Assembly: GCA_963705105.1 (NCBI GenBank)
Contig: CAVPIW010000007.1
Span: forward strand, 1 to 64,000
Source of the DNA: an uncultured Nitrospiraceae bacterium
GTDB taxonomy: Bacteria; Nitrospirota; Thermodesulfovibrionia; Thermodesulfovibrionales; Dissulfurispiraceae
Length of the DNA stretch: 64,000 nt
Reading direction: 5' to 3'
Shown here one piece after another: positions 53,647-64,000 of this stretch; position 1 is the first letter of the stretch, and every line of letters begins with the position of its first letter. The notes under the pieces are model-generated. The model saw nothing but the letters and a program-made list of their open reading frames with translations. It did not search any database and was not told the origin of the DNA. The translations under genes were made by a program, and so were the position numbers.

Positions 53647-54954
53647 TCAGCCCCTGCGGCCTCTCAGCCTTCCCTTCTTCAGAAAGCCTTCATAGGAACG
53701 GGTTATGAGATGGGACTCTATCTGGGAGACCGTATCGAGAGCCACTCCGACGGCGATGAGAAGAGACGTCCCGCCGAAATAAAAGGGCACGTTGAACCGG
53801 CTGATCAGGAGTTCCGGGATGATACAGACAACGGCCAGGTAGAAAGCACCGACAAAGGTCAGCCTCGTCAGGACGCGATAGATGTATTCCGATGTCTTCT
53901 GTCCCGGTCGTATGCCCGGAATGAACCCTCCGTGCTTCTGGAGATTCTCTGCGATATCAACGGGATTGAAAATGACGGCCGTATAAAAATAGGAGAAAAA
54001 GAAGATCAACCCGACGTACAGGAGAGAGTATACCAGTGTGCCCGGAGAAAGCTGTCTGGCAATGTCCTGTACCCAGGGAATGGCGATGAAGCCCGCCACC
54101 GTCGCCGGGAACATGATGATCGACGACGCGAAAATGGGGGGAATGACACCGGAGGTGTTGATCTTCAGGGGGAGGTGCGTGCTCTGCCCCCCGAAAACGC
54201 GTTTGCCGACGACCCTCTTGGCATACTGGACAGGGATCTTTCTCTGTCCGCGCTCGATGAAGATGATGCCTCCGACGACACCGACCATCATGACGACGAG
54301 GATGAGAACGAAAAAGATCGAGAGCTCCCCTGCCCTGACGAGGTTGATGGTGCTGACGATGGCCGCCGGAAAGCGCGCGACGATGCCGGCGAAGATGATC
54401 AGCGATATGCCGTTGCCGATACCCCTTTCCGTGATCTGCTCACCGAGCCACATCAGGAACGCAGTGCCCGACGTGAGGGTAATCATGGTAAGAAGGCGGA
54501 ATCCCCAGCCCGGCTGGGCAACAAAGCTTCCGCCGCCCATGTCCTCAAGCCCGACGGCGATGCCGAAGGACTGGATCGCCGCCACGACGACGGTGGCATA
54601 CCGGGTATACCTGACGATCTTTTTTCTGCCTGCATCGCCCTCCTTTGCAAGCTTCCCCAGGAAGGGGATGACGACGGTCAGGAGTTGAAATATGATGGAC
54701 GCGCTGATGTACGGCATGATCCCCAGGGCAAAGATGGTCATCATTGAAAGGGCCCCGCCGGAGAACATGTCGAAAAACCCCATCATGGCGCCGCCCTTTT
54801 CGGTAAGAAACTTGCTGAGCGCCTCGCCGTTTATCCCCGGCGTGGGAATATGGGCGCCGATCCGGTATACAGCGAGCAATGCGAGGGTGAACAAGACCCG
54901 GTTCTTGAGCTCGGGGATCTTGAAAATATTCTGTATACTCGCCAGAACGCTCAA
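53647..54954 (-). CDS. secY: Preprotein translocase SecY (TTG start)
   Basis: IFALGIMPYISASII, WLGEQITERGIGNGISL, IPGIRPG, FGGTSLLI. Confidence 0.98.
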   Translation of the reverse strand: MSVLASIQNIFKIPELKNRVLFTLALLAVYRIGAHIPTPGINGEALSKFLTEKGGAMMGFFDMFSGGALSMMTIFALGIMPYISASIIFQLLTVVIPFLGKLAKEGDAGRKKIVRYTRYATVVVAAIQSFGIAVGLEDMGGGSFVAQPGWGFRLLTMITLTSGTAFLMWLGEQITERGIGNGISLIIFAGIVARFPAAIVSTINLVRAGELSIFFVLILVVMMVGVVGGIIFIERGQRKIPVQYAKRVVGKRVFGGQSTHLPLKINTSGVIPPIFASSIIMFPATVAGFIAIPWVQDIARQLSPGTLVYSLLYVGLIFFFSYFYTAVIFNPVDIAENLQKHGGFIPGIRPGQKTSEYIYRVLTRLTFVGAFYLAVVCIIPELLISRFNVPFYFGGTSLLIAVGVALDTVSQIESHLITRSYEGFLKKGRLRGRRG

Positions 54955-54955
54955 T

Positions 54956-55399
54956 TTACAGCACCTCCGCCTTGCCTCCTGCGGCGCCGATCCTCTCCGA
55001 AGCGGCTGCGCTGAAGGCATGGGCCCTGACGACGAGGGGCCTGGTGACCTCTCCGACACCCAGGACCTTGACTCCGTCCTTTATGTCTTTGATGATCCTC
55101 CGCTGCAGAAGGACCTCCGGCGTGATCATGTCCGTACCCTCAACCATGGCCAGGTCCCTGAGATTCACGATCGCATATTCCTTCTTAAAAGGCATATTCC
55201 TGAAGCCCCGTTTCGGGAGCCGTCTCTGGAGCGGCATCTGGCCGCCCTCGAAGCCGGGGCCCTTCGTCCCCCCGGAGCGGGCTTTCTGCCCCTTGTGCCC
55301 CTTTGTTGACGTTTTCCCGTGACCCGACCCGGGACCGCGGCCGATCCTCTTCGGCTTGTGCCTGCTGCCCTCGGCCGGCTTTAATTCCTGTATCTTCAT
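54956..55399 (-). CDS. rplO: 50S ribosomal protein L15
   Basis: [28 protein letters not shown]. Confidence 0.98.
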   Translation of the reverse strand: MKIQELKPAEGSRHKPKRIGRGPGSGHGKTSTKGHKGQKARSGGTKGPGFEGGQMPLQRRLPKRGFRNMPFKKEYAIVNLRDLAMVEGTDMITPEVLLQRRIIKDIKDGVKVLGVGEVTRPLVVRAHAFSAAASERIGAAGGKAEVL

Positions 55400-55413
55400 G
55401 GCTCTTTGTCCTC

Positions 55414-55938
55414 CTATGCGCTCACTTCTTCAGCGGCGGGCTCTTCTTCCGTCTTCCCCCGGAGCCTCATGACCGTTTCCGGGTCCTTGAGGTCGAGCAG
55501 CCCGTTCATGGTGGCCTTCACGGTATTGAAGGGGTTGTGGCTGCCGAGGGACTTGGCGACGATGTCCTGGATGCCCGAGACCTCGAAGACCGCCCGGACC
55601 GCCCCGCCGGCGATGATGCCCGTCCCCTTCGGCGCGGGATTGATGACCACATTGATGGAACCGTAGCGGCCGATGACACGGTGAGGTACCGTCCCCTCCC
55701 TGAGAGGGAACCGGATCAGCCGTTTCTTCGCCTGTTCAATGGCCTTTCTGATCGCCTCGGGAACCTCGTTCGCCTTGCCCTTTCCCATGCCGATGATACC
55801 ACTCTCGTCCCCGACAACGACAAGGGCGCTGAAGGAGAATCTCCGTCCGCCCTTCACCACCTTTGCGACCCTGTTTATGTAAACGACTTTATCCTTTAAA
55901 TTGAGCCCTTCGGCATCTATCCGCTCGGTCTTCACCAT
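55414..55938 (-). CDS. rpsE: 30S ribosomal protein S5
   Basis: [31 protein letters not shown]. Confidence 0.98.
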   Translation of the reverse strand: MVKTERIDAEGLNLKDKVVYINRVAKVVKGGRRFSFSALVVVGDESGIIGMGKGKANEVPEAIRKAIEQAKKRLIRFPLREGTVPHRVIGRYGSINVVINPAPKGTGIIAGGAVRAVFEVSGIQDIVAKSLGSHNPFNTVKATMNGLLDLKDPETVMRLRGKTEEEPAAEEVSA

Positions 55939-55951
55939 ACCTCCTTCGTGA

Positions 55952-56311
55952 TCAGAATTGCAATCCGCCTTCTCTGGCGCCCTCGGCGAGTGCCTTGACA
56001 CAGCCGTGATATTTATAGCCGCCGCGGTCGAAAACAACCTTACCGATTCCCGCCTCGATCGATTTGCGCGCTACGAGCATTCCCACCTTCTTCGCCATCG
56101 TTGCGTTTCCCCTGTGACCCTGCACCTCTTTGAATTCACCGTCGAGGCTCGATGCGGAGATGAGCGTGTGACCCTTCACGTCATCGATGACCTGCGCATA
56201 AATGTTGTTGAGGCTCTTGTGGATGCTGAGCCTCGGTCTCTCCGGAGTTCCGGCGACGCTTTTCCTGATGCGCGTGTGTCTCCTCGTTCGTGCCAGTTCC
56301 TTCTGGTTCAC
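55952..56311 (-). CDS. rplR: 50S ribosomal protein L18
   Basis: [20 protein letters not shown]. Confidence 0.98.
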   Translation of the reverse strand: MNQKELARTRRHTRIRKSVAGTPERPRLSIHKSLNNIYAQVIDDVKGHTLISASSLDGEFKEVQGHRGNATMAKKVGMLVARKSIEAGIGKVVFDRGGYKYHGCVKALAEGAREGGLQF

Positions 56312-56323
56312 CGACTACCTCCT

Positions 56324-56866
56324 CTATTTCTTGCCTGTCTTCCCGGCCTTGAGTTTCATTCTCACTCCGGCATACCGGACGCCCTTGCCCTTATATGCAT
56401 CCGGCGGCCTGAGCTTTCTCAGATTCGCCGCCACCTGCCCGATGAGCTGCTTGTCGATACCTGTCAGGGTGATCGTCGTCTGCCTGTCATCAACCGTGGC
56501 CGATACGCCCTCGGGAAGCTTGAACTCGACGGGATGAGAGTATCCGAGAGTGAAGGTGATGCTGTCTCCCTTGACCTGTGCCCTGTATCCGACGCCCGAT
56601 ATCTCGAGCACCCGTTTGTAGCCCTCGGAGACACCGCTCACCATGTTCGCGACGAGACTCCTGACGAGGCCGTGCAACGCCCTGTCGACCTTCGAGTCCG
56701 AGCGCCTCGCGACAAGGATCCTGCCTTCGGCGACGTCGACCTGAACGCTTTCGGGCTTGGAATAGGTGAGTTCACCCTTCGGGCCCTTGACTTCGATCAC
56801 GTCCCCCCTGAGCCCGATCTGCACTCCCTGAGGGACCTCTATAGGCTTTTTTCCGACTCTCGACAT
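56324..56866 (-). CDS. rplF: 50S ribosomal protein L6
   Basis: MSRVGKKPI, GVGYRA, PDAYKGKGVRY. Confidence 0.98.
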   Translation of the reverse strand: MSRVGKKPIEVPQGVQIGLRGDVIEVKGPKGELTYSKPESVQVDVAEGRILVARRSDSKVDRALHGLVRSLVANMVSGVSEGYKRVLEISGVGYRAQVKGDSITFTLGYSHPVEFKLPEGVSATVDDRQTTITLTGIDKQLIGQVAANLRKLRPPDAYKGKGVRYAGVRMKLKAGKTGKK

Positions 56867-56876
56867 CTCTCACTCC

Positions 56877-57272
56877 TTACCATATATGACATAATACCTC
56901 GCCGCCCACACCTTCCTGACGGCACTCCTTGTCAGTCAGTATGCCCCGCGAGGTCGTGAGAATCGCCACACCCATGCCGCCGATGACCTTGGGGATCTCT
57001 TCCTTGCCGACGTAGACCCTTCTGCCCGGTGTGCTGATCCGTTTCAGTCCCGTGAGGATCGGCTCGTTCGCCGGCGTGTATTTGAGGGTGACGCGGAGGG
57101 TACCTTGTTTCCTGTCCTTGATGATCTTGTAGGATTTTATGAAACCCTCTTCCTTGAGGATCTTCGCCATCTCGACCTTTATCTTCGAGGCGGGAATGTC
57201 CACCTTCTCCATTTTTATGAGAATTCCGTTCCGTATCCGGGTCAGCATGTCTGCGATTGGATCAGTCAACAT
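56877..57272 (-). CDS. rpsH: 30S ribosomal protein S8
   Basis: [26 protein letters not shown]. Confidence 0.98.
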   Translation of the reverse strand: MLTDPIADMLTRIRNGILIKMEKVDIPASKIKVEMAKILKEEGFIKSYKIIKDRKQGTLRVTLKYTPANEPILTGLKRISTPGRRVYVGKEEIPKVIGGMGVAILTTSRGILTDKECRQEGVGGEVLCHIW

Positions 57273-57282
57273 CTCGGCACCT

Positions 57283-57468
57283 CTACCAGCTTGATTTCGT
57301 TACGCCGGGGATCTGTCCCCGGAGAGAGAGAGTTCGGAAGCAAATCCTGCACATGCCGAACTTCCTCATATACGCCCTCGGCCTTCCGCACAGGTGACAT
57401 CTATTGTACGCCCTCACCTTGAACTTCGGGGGCCTTTTCACCTTCTCCATCATACATACTTTCGCCAC
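57283..57468 (-). CDS. rpsZ: 30S ribosomal protein S14, zinc-binding type Z
   Basis: 61 aa, CHLCGRP...MCRICFR. Confidence 0.97.
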   Translation of the reverse strand: MAKVCMMEKVKRPPKFKVRAYNRCHLCGRPRAYMRKFGMCRICFRTLSLRGQIPGVTKSSW

Positions 57469-57478
57469 AGTGTCCTCC

Positions 57479-58021
57479 TTACTTTCTGAAGGGTACTCCC
57501 AGGTGTCTTAACAACTCCCTGCATTCCCTGTCCGTCCTTGCCGACGTGCAGACGGTCACGTCCAGGCCGTGAACCATCTCGACTTTGTCATAATCGATCT
57601 CGGGAAAGATGAACTGCTCCTTCAGTCCGAAGGAGTAGTTGCCCCTCCCGTCAAAGGACTTCTGCGACAGCCCCTTGAAATCGCGGATCCTGGGCAGGGC
57701 GGCGCTGATAAGCCTGTCCATGAATTCATACATCATCTCACCCCTCAACGTCACCTTGCAACCCAGCGGCACGTCTTTCCTGAGCTTGAACCCGGCGATG
57801 GCCCTCTTGGATTTCGTCACGAGCGGTTTCTGTCCCGTAATCACCGCCAGTTCCTTCTCCGCCGCATCGAGGAGCTTGATGTTCTGAGTGGCCTCTCCGA
57901 GAGTCACATGGACAACGACCTTTTCGACTTTCGGAACCTGCATGACGTTGCTGTAGTCGAACTCCTTCATGAGAGCAGGAATCACTTCGTTCTTGTATTT
58001 ATCCTTCAGCCTCGGCGCCAT
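57479..58021 (-). CDS. rplE: 50S ribosomal protein L5
   Basis: ITGQKP, KVTLRG, LPRIRDF, FDGRGNY. Confidence 0.98.
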   Translation of the reverse strand: MAPRLKDKYKNEVIPALMKEFDYSNVMQVPKVEKVVVHVTLGEATQNIKLLDAAEKELAVITGQKPLVTKSKRAIAGFKLRKDVPLGCKVTLRGEMMYEFMDRLISAALPRIRDFKGLSQKSFDGRGNYSFGLKEQFIFPEIDYDKVEMVHGLDVTVCTSARTDRECRELLRHLGVPFRK

Positions 58022-58024
58022 TCC

Positions 58025-58342
58025 TTAATCTATGACCTCCTTACACTTCTTACAGTTCCTGACTTTTCTTCCCGTATCGAGGACCTTATTCCCGATGCGC
58101 GTCGATTTATTGCATTTGGGGCAGACAAGCATGACATTGGAGATGTGAATCGGGGCCTCCTTATCGATGATCCCGCCCTGTGCGTATTTCTTGCTGGGCT
58201 TCATGTGCTTCTTGACGATGTTGGTGCCTTCGATGATGACCGTCTCTGCTGCAGGCGTCACCGAGAGCACCCGTCCCTTTTTGCCCTTGTTCTTCCCGGT
58301 GATGACAACGGCGGTATCTCCCTTCTTGATCCTCAGACCCAC
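58025..58342 (-). CDS. rplX: 50S ribosomal protein L24
   Basis: KOW motif [28 protein letters not shown]. Confidence 0.98.
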   Translation of the reverse strand: MGLRIKKGDTAVVITGKNKGKKGRVLSVTPAAETVIIEGTNIVKKHMKPSKKYAQGGIIDKEAPIHISNVMLVCPKCNKSTRIGNKVLDTGRKVRNCKKCKEVID

Positions 58343-58424
58343 TTCATCCTCCCTTTCTTCAATTCATCGCTCTCATGATGCCCGCCCTTGTCCCTACCGG
58401 CGAAAGGGCGGCCGGCACATTCCC

Positions 58425-58793
58425 TTAGAGCACCTCAGGGGCAAGGGAAATGATCTTCATGAATTCCTTCCAGCGCAGTTCCCGGGCAACAGGGCCGAAT
58501 ATTCTCGTTCCGATGGGCTCCATCTGGTTGTTGATGAGGACGACGGCGTTCTGGTCGAACCGGATATACGTTCCGTCGGCCCTTCTCGTCTCCTTCTTCG
58601 TCCTCACGACAACGCCCTTTGCAACGGTGCCCGCCTTGACATTTCCTTCGGGCATCGCCTCCTTGATCGTCACGACGATAATGTCACCGAGCCTCGCGTA
58701 TCTCCTGTTGGAACCGCCGAGAACCCTGATGCACTGCGCCCTCTTGGCCCCCGAATTGTCTGCTACCACGAGCATGCTTCTTGGCTGTATCAT
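58425..58793 (-). CDS. rplN: 50S ribosomal protein L14
   Basis: [27 protein letters not shown]. Confidence 0.98.
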   Translation of the reverse strand: MIQPRSMLVVADNSGAKRAQCIRVLGGSNRRYARLGDIIVVTIKEAMPEGNVKAGTVAKGVVVRTKKETRRADGTYIRFDQNAVVLINNQMEPIGTRIFGPVARELRWKEFMKIISLAPEVL

Positions 58794-58805
58794 CTCTCCC
58801 TGTCC

Positions 58806-59045
58806 TCACCTTTTGATGATTTTAACCACCTGCCACCGCTTTTCCTTGCTTATGGGTCTGCTCTCGATGATCTGCACGACATCACCGGTCCGGCACTCGT
58901 TCGCGTCATCGTGGGCCTTGAACTTGGTGACCTTCTTCATCGTCTTCTTGTAGAGCGGATGCTGGAATGTCCTCGTCACGGCGACGACGACGGTCTTGTC
59001 CATCTTGTCGCTCACCACATTCCCTGTATAGATCTTCTTAGGCAT
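58806..59045 (-). CDS. rpsQ: 30S ribosomal protein S17
   Basis: [29 protein letters not shown]. Confidence 0.98.
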   Translation of the reverse strand: MPKKIYTGNVVSDKMDKTVVVAVTRTFQHPLYKKTMKKVTKFKAHDDANECRTGDVVQIIESRPISKEKRWQVVKIIKR

Positions 59046-59253
59046 TGTCGGTACTCCTCGCTGCGGCTTTCTGCTTTTCCGTTATTATCGTCAATACCCG
59101 TGCGATGTCCTTTCTGACCATGCTGATTCTCTGGTTGTTCTGGAGTTCTCCCTTGGCATGCTGAAACCTCAGATTGAAGAGCTCCTTCCGGAAATCCATT
59201 TCCTTCAGTTTCAGTTCGTCTATGCTCAGGGATCTGAGATCGGAGGCCTTCAT
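59038..59253 (-). CDS. rpmC: 50S ribosomal protein L29
   Basis: [19 protein letters not shown]. Confidence 0.97.
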   Translation of the reverse strand: MKASDLRSLSIDELKLKEMDFRKELFNLRFQHAKGELQNNQRISMVRKDIARVLTIITEKQKAAARSTDNA

Positions 59254-59669
59254 GCCACTACCTCCTCTCGCTTCACGAATTTCGTCGCGATGGGAAGCTT
59301 CTGGGAGGCAAGCCTGAAAGCCTCTTTCGCCACCTCTTCGGTCACGCCGGAGAACTCGTAGAGGATGCGGCCCGGCTTTATCACGGCCACCCAGAATTCG
59401 GGATTGCCCTTTCCCTTGCCCATTCTCGTTTCAGCAGGCTTCTTCGTGATGGGCTTGTCCGGAAAGATCCGTATCCAGACCTTGCATCCCTTCTTTGCCT
59501 GGCGGGTGATCGCCACCCTGGCCGCCTCGATCTGACGGCTCGTTATCCACCCGGGCTCCATCGCCCTGATGCCGAACTCGCCGAAGGAGACCGACGATCC
59601 CGTATAGGCCTTCCCGCACATCCTGCCCTTCTGCATCTTTCTGAATTTTATCTTTTTGGGTGCTAACAT
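59250..59669 (-). CDS. rplP: 50S ribosomal protein L16
   Basis: [23 protein letters not shown]. Confidence 0.98.
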   Translation of the reverse strand: MLAPKKIKFRKMQKGRMCGKAYTGSSVSFGEFGIRAMEPGWITSRQIEAARVAITRQAKKGCKVWIRIFPDKPITKKPAETRMGKGKGNPEFWVAVIKPGRILYEFSGVTEEVAKEAFRLASQKLPIATKFVKREEVVA

Positions 59670-59670
59670 C

Positions 59671-60327
59671 TCACTCTCCTATGATGGATGTACCGGACTG
59701 CTCAGGAAGCACATCACCATGGTACAGCCAGACCTTGATGCCGATGGCCCCGTAGGTCGTCCTGGCCTCGGCGAACCCGTAATCGACGTTCGCCCGGAAG
59801 GTGCTCAGGGGCACCCTCCCCTCCCTGTACCACTCGGACCTCGCGATCTCGGCCCCGGCGAGTCTTCCCGAACACTGCACCTTGATCCCCAGCGCCCCGA
59901 AGCGCATGGCCGATGAGACGGACCTCTTCAGTGCCCTCCTGAAGGCGACCCTCTTTTCGATCTGCAGGGCAATGTTCTCGGCGACGAGCTGTGCGTCGAC
60001 CTCGGGCTTCCTGATCTCTTTTATATCAATGCCGATCTGTTTCGACGTGACAAGCTCAAGGTCCCTTTTGAGTTTCTCGACTTCGGCGCCCTTCTTGCCG
60101 ATGATGATACCGGGCCTTGTCGTGTGTATGATCACCTTGAGCTTCTGTCCGGGTCGTTCGATCTCGATTCTCGATATCCCGGCATGATAAAGCTTGTCCT
60201 TGATGTATTTTCTGACCCGCAGGTCCTCAAGGAGCTGGGCAGAATAGCCCTTTTTCAGAAACCACCTTGATTCCCACGTTCTGATAATGCCGACTCTGTT
60301 CCCGATAGGATTCGTCTTCTGACCCAA
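59671..60327 (-). CDS. rpsC: 30S ribosomal protein S3
   Basis: [27 protein letters not shown]. Confidence 0.98.
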   Translation of the reverse strand: MGQKTNPIGNRVGIIRTWESRWFLKKGYSAQLLEDLRVRKYIKDKLYHAGISRIEIERPGQKLKVIIHTTRPGIIIGKKGAEVEKLKRDLELVTSKQIGIDIKEIRKPEVDAQLVAENIALQIEKRVAFRRALKRSVSSAMRFGALGIKVQCSGRLAGAEIARSEWYREGRVPLSTFRANVDYGFAEARTTYGAIGIKVWLYHGDVLPEQSGTSIIGE

Positions 60328-60432
60328 ATCATCACCCCCTTGAGAGATGTCCCGCGCCGTCGCGACAGGTGTTCTTTCCTGTTCCTGCCCGCCCGGCGCC
60401 GACGACCCGATGCAGTATTGTCAATCTCATTC

Positions 60433-60768
60433 CTATTCCTCTGTCACCACGATCGTGATGTGACAGCTCCTCTTCTTGATCACGTTCGCCCTTCCCATGG
60501 CCCGCGGTTCCATGCGTTTCATCATCGGCCCCTGATCGACGAAGGCCGACGTGATCTTCAGCTTGTCGATATCGAGACGGGTGTTCTTCTGCTCCGCATT
60601 CGCCATGGCGGACTTCAGCACCTTTGCCACGACATGGGCAGCCCTGTAGGGCATGAACCGCAGGGAGACGAGGGCATCGGAAGCCCCTTTCCCCCTGATG
60701 AGATCGACCACTCTCCGCGCCTTTCTGGGAGTCATCCGCGCATATCGTAAAATCGCCTTCGATTCCAT
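60433..60768 (-). CDS. rplV: 50S ribosomal protein L22
   Basis: PRKARRVVDLIRG, SAMANAE, PRAMGRA. Confidence 0.98.
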   Translation of the reverse strand: MESKAILRYARMTPRKARRVVDLIRGKGASDALVSLRFMPYRAAHVVAKVLKSAMANAEQKNTRLDIDKLKITSAFVDQGPMMKRMEPRAMGRANVIKKRSCHITIVVTEE

Positions 60769-60771
60769 TTC

Positions 60772-61056
60772 TTAACCCTTCACTGATGTTGTCTTCTCGG
60801 AGCGCGCATGCCCCTTGTAAAAGCGGGTCGGCGCAAACTCGCCGAGCTTATGTCCGACCATGTTCTCCGTCACGTAAATGGGGATGAACTTCCTCCCGTT
60901 GTGGACCGCAAAGGTGAAGCCGATGAACTCAGGCATGACGGTGGACCTTCTCGACCACGTCTTGATCATCTTTTTCTCTCCCGTCGAGAGGAGCTCCTGA
61001 ACTTTCTTCATGAGCTTTTCTTCCACAAAGGGTCCTTTTTTCAGCGATCGTGGCAC
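60772..61056 (-). CDS. rpsS: 30S ribosomal protein S19
   Basis: [26 protein letters not shown]. Confidence 0.98.
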   Translation of the reverse strand: MPRSLKKGPFVEEKLMKKVQELLSTGEKKMIKTWSRRSTVMPEFIGFTFAVHNGRKFIPIYVTENMVGHKLGEFAPTRFYKGHARSEKTTSVKG

Positions 61057-61066
61057 CTGTCCCTCC

Positions 61067-61885
61067 TCATGCGCGTTTCTTCACGATAAACTTATCCGTA
61101 CGCTTGTTGCTTCTTGTCCTGACGCCCTCGGGCTTACCCCAGGGAGAGCAGGCAGGCCTGCCTCCGGACGACCGCCCTTCGCCGCCGCCCAGCGGATGAT
61201 CGATGGGGTTCATGGCGACGCCCCTCACGTGGGGCCTCCAGCCGAAGTGGCGGTTCCGCCCCGCCTTTCCGAGGGATATGTTCTCATGCTCCACATTGCC
61301 GACCTGCCCGATCGTTGCCATGCAGGACAACCGCACGAGCCTCACCTCTCCCGACGGCATCTTGACCTGGGCATAGGCGCTCTCTTTCGCGACGAGCTGT
61401 GCCGAAGCGCCGGCGCTCCTGACAAGCTTGGCGCCCTGTCCCGGTCTCAACTCGATATTGTGAATGAGCGTGCCCAGCGGCACTTCCTTGATCGGGAGGG
61501 CATTGCCGGGCTTGATGTCCGCATTCGGCCCGGACATGACGGTATCACCGACCGTCAATCCCGCTGGGGCGAGGATATACCTCTTCTCGCCGTCGACGTA
61601 CTGCAGGAGCGCAATCCGCGCCGACCTGTTCGGGTCGTATTCGATCGTTTTCACGGATGCCGGGATGCCCGTCTTATCCCGTTTGAAGTCTATGATCCTG
61701 TACTGCCTCCTGTTGCCGCCGCCCCTGTGCCATGCCGTCACGCGGCCCTGGTTGTTGCGGCCGCCCCTCTTCTTGAGCGGGACCGTCAGGGCTTTATGGG
61801 GACGGTCTGCCGTTATATCCTTGAAATCGGACGCGGTCTGGAACCTCCGTCCTGGCGATGTCGGATTGAATGAGCGAATACCCAT
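61067..61885 (-). CDS. rplB: 50S ribosomal protein L2
   Basis: [29 protein letters not shown]. Confidence 0.98.
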   Translation of the reverse strand: MGIRSFNPTSPGRRFQTASDFKDITADRPHKALTVPLKKRGGRNNQGRVTAWHRGGGNRRQYRIIDFKRDKTGIPASVKTIEYDPNRSARIALLQYVDGEKRYILAPAGLTVGDTVMSGPNADIKPGNALPIKEVPLGTLIHNIELRPGQGAKLVRSAGASAQLVAKESAYAQVKMPSGEVRLVRLSCMATIGQVGNVEHENISLGKAGRNRHFGWRPHVRGVAMNPIDHPLGGGEGRSSGGRPACSPWGKPEGVRTRSNKRTDKFIVKKRA

Positions 61886-62176
61886 CTATACCCCCTCCAC
61901 GAAATCGAGCTTTTCACCCTTTTTCAGGGTAATAATCGCCTTTTTCCGGTCCGCCGTCATCCCCGAGGACTTGCCGTAGCGCTTGAACTTGCCCCGGACG
62001 TTCACCGTGGCGACCTTCTCAATCTTCACCTTGAAGATCTCCTCCATCGCTTTCCTGATCTCGTGCTTGTTGGCATCGGGATGGACCTCGATGAGGATCT
62101 TGTTCTCCCTCTCCTTGATATCCATGCCCTTTTCCGTGAAAAGGGGCCTTTTGATGACATCGTATATGATTTTCAT
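61886..62176 (-). CDS. rplW: 50S ribosomal protein L23
   Basis: PLFTEK, ANKHEI, KKAIITL. Confidence 0.97.
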   Translation of the reverse strand: MKIIYDVIKRPLFTEKGMDIKERENKILIEVHPDANKHEIRKAMEEIFKVKIEKVATVNVRGKFKRYGKSSGMTADRKKAIITLKKGEKLDFVEGV

Positions 62177-62820
62177 GACGTTGTGTCCTCCTGTCCGGCC
62201 ACCCTCTCCTGAAGTTTCCTGAGCGCCTCGGCCGTGAAAAGGAGGGTGTCGTACGATGCCACATGCAGGGCATTGAGATCGGTGACCCGCACAATGTCCG
62301 CCTTCGGAATGTTTCTGACGGAAAGCATGAGGTTTTCATCCCTTTCGGGGGTCACGAAAAGGACCGTCCTGTCCTGGAATCCCAGGTTTCCGAGCATCTG
62401 GACGACAAACTTCGTCTTCGGTTTCTCGAGAGCGATCGATTCGATGACTCCCACTTCGCCGTCGGAGAATTTCATCGACAGGGCCTTGCACAGGGCGATG
62501 CGCCTGAGGTTCCTCGGAAGCCTCTGGGTATAGTCCCGCGGCTCGGGACCGAAAGCGATGCCGCCGCCTCTCCAGATAGGCGAACGCGTGCTGCCGTGGC
62601 GGGACCTCCCGGTGTGTTTCTGCTTCCAGGGCTTCTTGCCGCCGCCGCTCACCATGCTCCGAGTCTTCGTGGCATGCGTGCCCTGCCTCATGTTGGCGAG
62701 ATACCCCACCACTGCGGCATGCACGACCGAATCGGACGCCGTGCTCCCGAATATCTCTTCCGGGAGCGTCACTTTCCCCTTTATGGAGTTGTTTCCGTCT
62801 TTTATATCAATCTCCAGCAT
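62173..62820 (-). CDS. rplD: 50S ribosomal protein L4
   Basis: RQGTHATKTRS, KPWKQKHTGRSRHGS. Confidence 0.98.
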   Translation of the reverse strand: MLEIDIKDGNNSIKGKVTLPEEIFGSTASDSVVHAAVVGYLANMRQGTHATKTRSMVSGGGKKPWKQKHTGRSRHGSTRSPIWRGGGIAFGPEPRDYTQRLPRNLRRIALCKALSMKFSDGEVGVIESIALEKPKTKFVVQMLGNLGFQDRTVLFVTPERDENLMLSVRNIPKADIVRVTDLNALHVASYDTLLFTAEALRKLQERVAGQEDTTS

Positions 62821-62821
62821 A

Positions 62822-63436
62822 TTACGCACCCTTTCGAATCTCGACGATTGTGTTTTTTGAACCCGGCACGGCGCCCTCTATGAGAATGAGGTTCTGATCG
62901 GGCCTCACGTCGACGACGGTGAGCCCGCTGACGGTCACCCTTTTGTTTCCCATCTGGCCGGCCATCTTCATCCCGCGCCAGACCCGCGACGGGTAGGAGC
63001 TCGCGCCGATCGAGCCCGGCGCCCTGTTGAACATGGACCCGTGGCCGGAGGGGCCGCCCTTGAACCTGTGCCGCTTCATGACTCCCTGGAATCCCTTGCC
63101 TTTGGAGATGCCGGAAACGCTCACGACGTCACCCTTGCTGAACCGGTCCGCCGTGATGGTCTCTCCGACCTGAAGACCGCCCATCGGGAACTCCCTCAGG
63201 ACTTTACAGACCGGTGTCCCGCTTTTCTTAAAGACGCCGACGACGGGTTTCGTGACGTTCTTCTCCTTCCGGACTTCCTGGAACCCGACCTTCACAGCCT
63301 CGTACCCGTCCCGCTCCGGCGTCTTGACCTGGACGACGTGACAGGGTCCCGCCTCGACGACGGTCACAGGGATGACCTTGCCGTCCTCCGCGAAAATCTG
63401 TGTCATTCCGAGTTTTTTTCCTAAAATGCCGGTCAT
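62822..63436 (-). CDS. rplC: 50S ribosomal protein L3
   Basis: [30 protein letters not shown]. Confidence 0.98.
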   Translation of the reverse strand: MTGILGKKLGMTQIFAEDGKVIPVTVVEAGPCHVVQVKTPERDGYEAVKVGFQEVRKEKNVTKPVVGVFKKSGTPVCKVLREFPMGGLQVGETITADRFSKGDVVSVSGISKGKGFQGVMKRHRFKGGPSGHGSMFNRAPGSIGASSYPSRVWRGMKMAGQMGNKRVTVSGLTVVDVRPDQNLILIEGAVPGSKNTIVEIRKGA

Positions 63437-63738
63437 AGCTTTATCTCCACATCCACCCCGGAGGCGAGCTCCAGTTTCATGAGCGCATCGACCGTATCGG
63501 GCGTCGGATCGTATATATCGATCAACCGCTTGTGGGTCCTGATCTCGAACTGTTCCCGCGATTTCTTGTCAACGTGGGGTGACCTCAGTATTGTAAACTT
63601 GCTGATCTTCGTCGGCAGGGGAATGGGGCCTGATATGCGTGCGCCCGTCCTCTGCGCAGTATCAACAATTTCCTTGACAGATTGATCCAGCAACCTGTGG
63701 TCGTACGCCTTCAGCTTGATTCGTATTTTCTGGTTCAC
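63433..63738 (-). CDS. rpsJ: 30S ribosomal protein S10
   Basis: [30 protein letters not shown]. Confidence 0.98.
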   Translation of the reverse strand: MNQKIRIKLKAYDHRLLDQSVKEIVDTAQRTGARISGPIPLPTKISKFTILRSPHVDKKSREQFEIRTHKRLIDIYDPTPDTVDALMKLELASGVDVEIKL

Positions 63739-63743
63739 CTTGC

Positions 63744-64000
63744 CTACTCCAGCACTTCGGTGACGACACCGGCGCCCACGGTCCTGCCGCCCTCGCGGAT
63801 GGCGAACCGCAGCTCCTTCTCCATCGCTATGGGCCCGATCAGCTCCACCGATATGCTTATATTGTCTCCGGGCATGATCATCTCGACTCCCTCAGGCAGA
63901 TGCAGCACCCCCGTCACGTCCGTCGTCCGGAAATAAAACTGCGGACGATAGCCGTTGAAAAACGGCGTGTGCCGCCCACCCTCCTCTTTCGTCAGGATGT
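63744..64000 (-). CDS. tuf: Elongation factor Tu, C-terminal part (runs off the window)
   Basis: [25 protein letters not shown]...[16 protein letters not shown] read on the minus strand. Confidence 0.97.
   Translation of the reverse strand, partial: ILTKEEGGRHTPFFNGYRPQFYFRTTDVTGVLHLPEGVEMIMPGDNISISVELIGPIAMEKELRFAIREGGRTVGAGVVTEVLE

Overview
The window looks like two unrelated genomes joined at about 29,666. The left part (1-29.66 kb) is very GC-rich and full of single-base frameshifts. It is an accessory region with an IS3-family element that has an IS110 element inserted exactly into its A8-G programmed frameshift site. The IS110 non-coding left end carries a tandem, covarying ~106-109 bp duplication, a candidate duplicated bridge-RNA module. 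It also holds a TIR/DUF1863 remnant next to a membrane GHSLG hydrolase, three toxin-antitoxin pairs around a tyrosine recombinase, IS630/IS110 remnants, OmpA, SulP, SDR, PDZ-Sel1, GH13, a kinase-TPR gene coupled to a small Cys-tailed protein, Hsp20 and a truncated patatin-GNAT gene. The right part (29.67-64 kb) is lower-GC, frameshift-free core genome of an anaerobe, most like Nitrospirota/Thermodesulfovibrionia or a deltaproteobacterium (inference). It contains truncated hemG, hemH, ubiX, guaBA, ispA, dxs, hisG, a Wood-Ljungdahl CODH/ACS cluster (cooC-acsE-acsD-acsC-acsB-cooS) and the S10-spc-alpha ribosomal superoperon, which lacks rpmD and adk. Signals absent from the ORF track: a small membrane ORF coupled to rplQ with an in-frame UGA followed by a SECIS-like hairpin (candidate selenoprotein), a 198-bp GTTGCA...TGCAAC MITE-like family, and CACT(G/C)(A/T) hexamer arrays at gene ends. 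No CRISPR array, rRNA or tRNA was recognised. All calls are by eye, without database searches.
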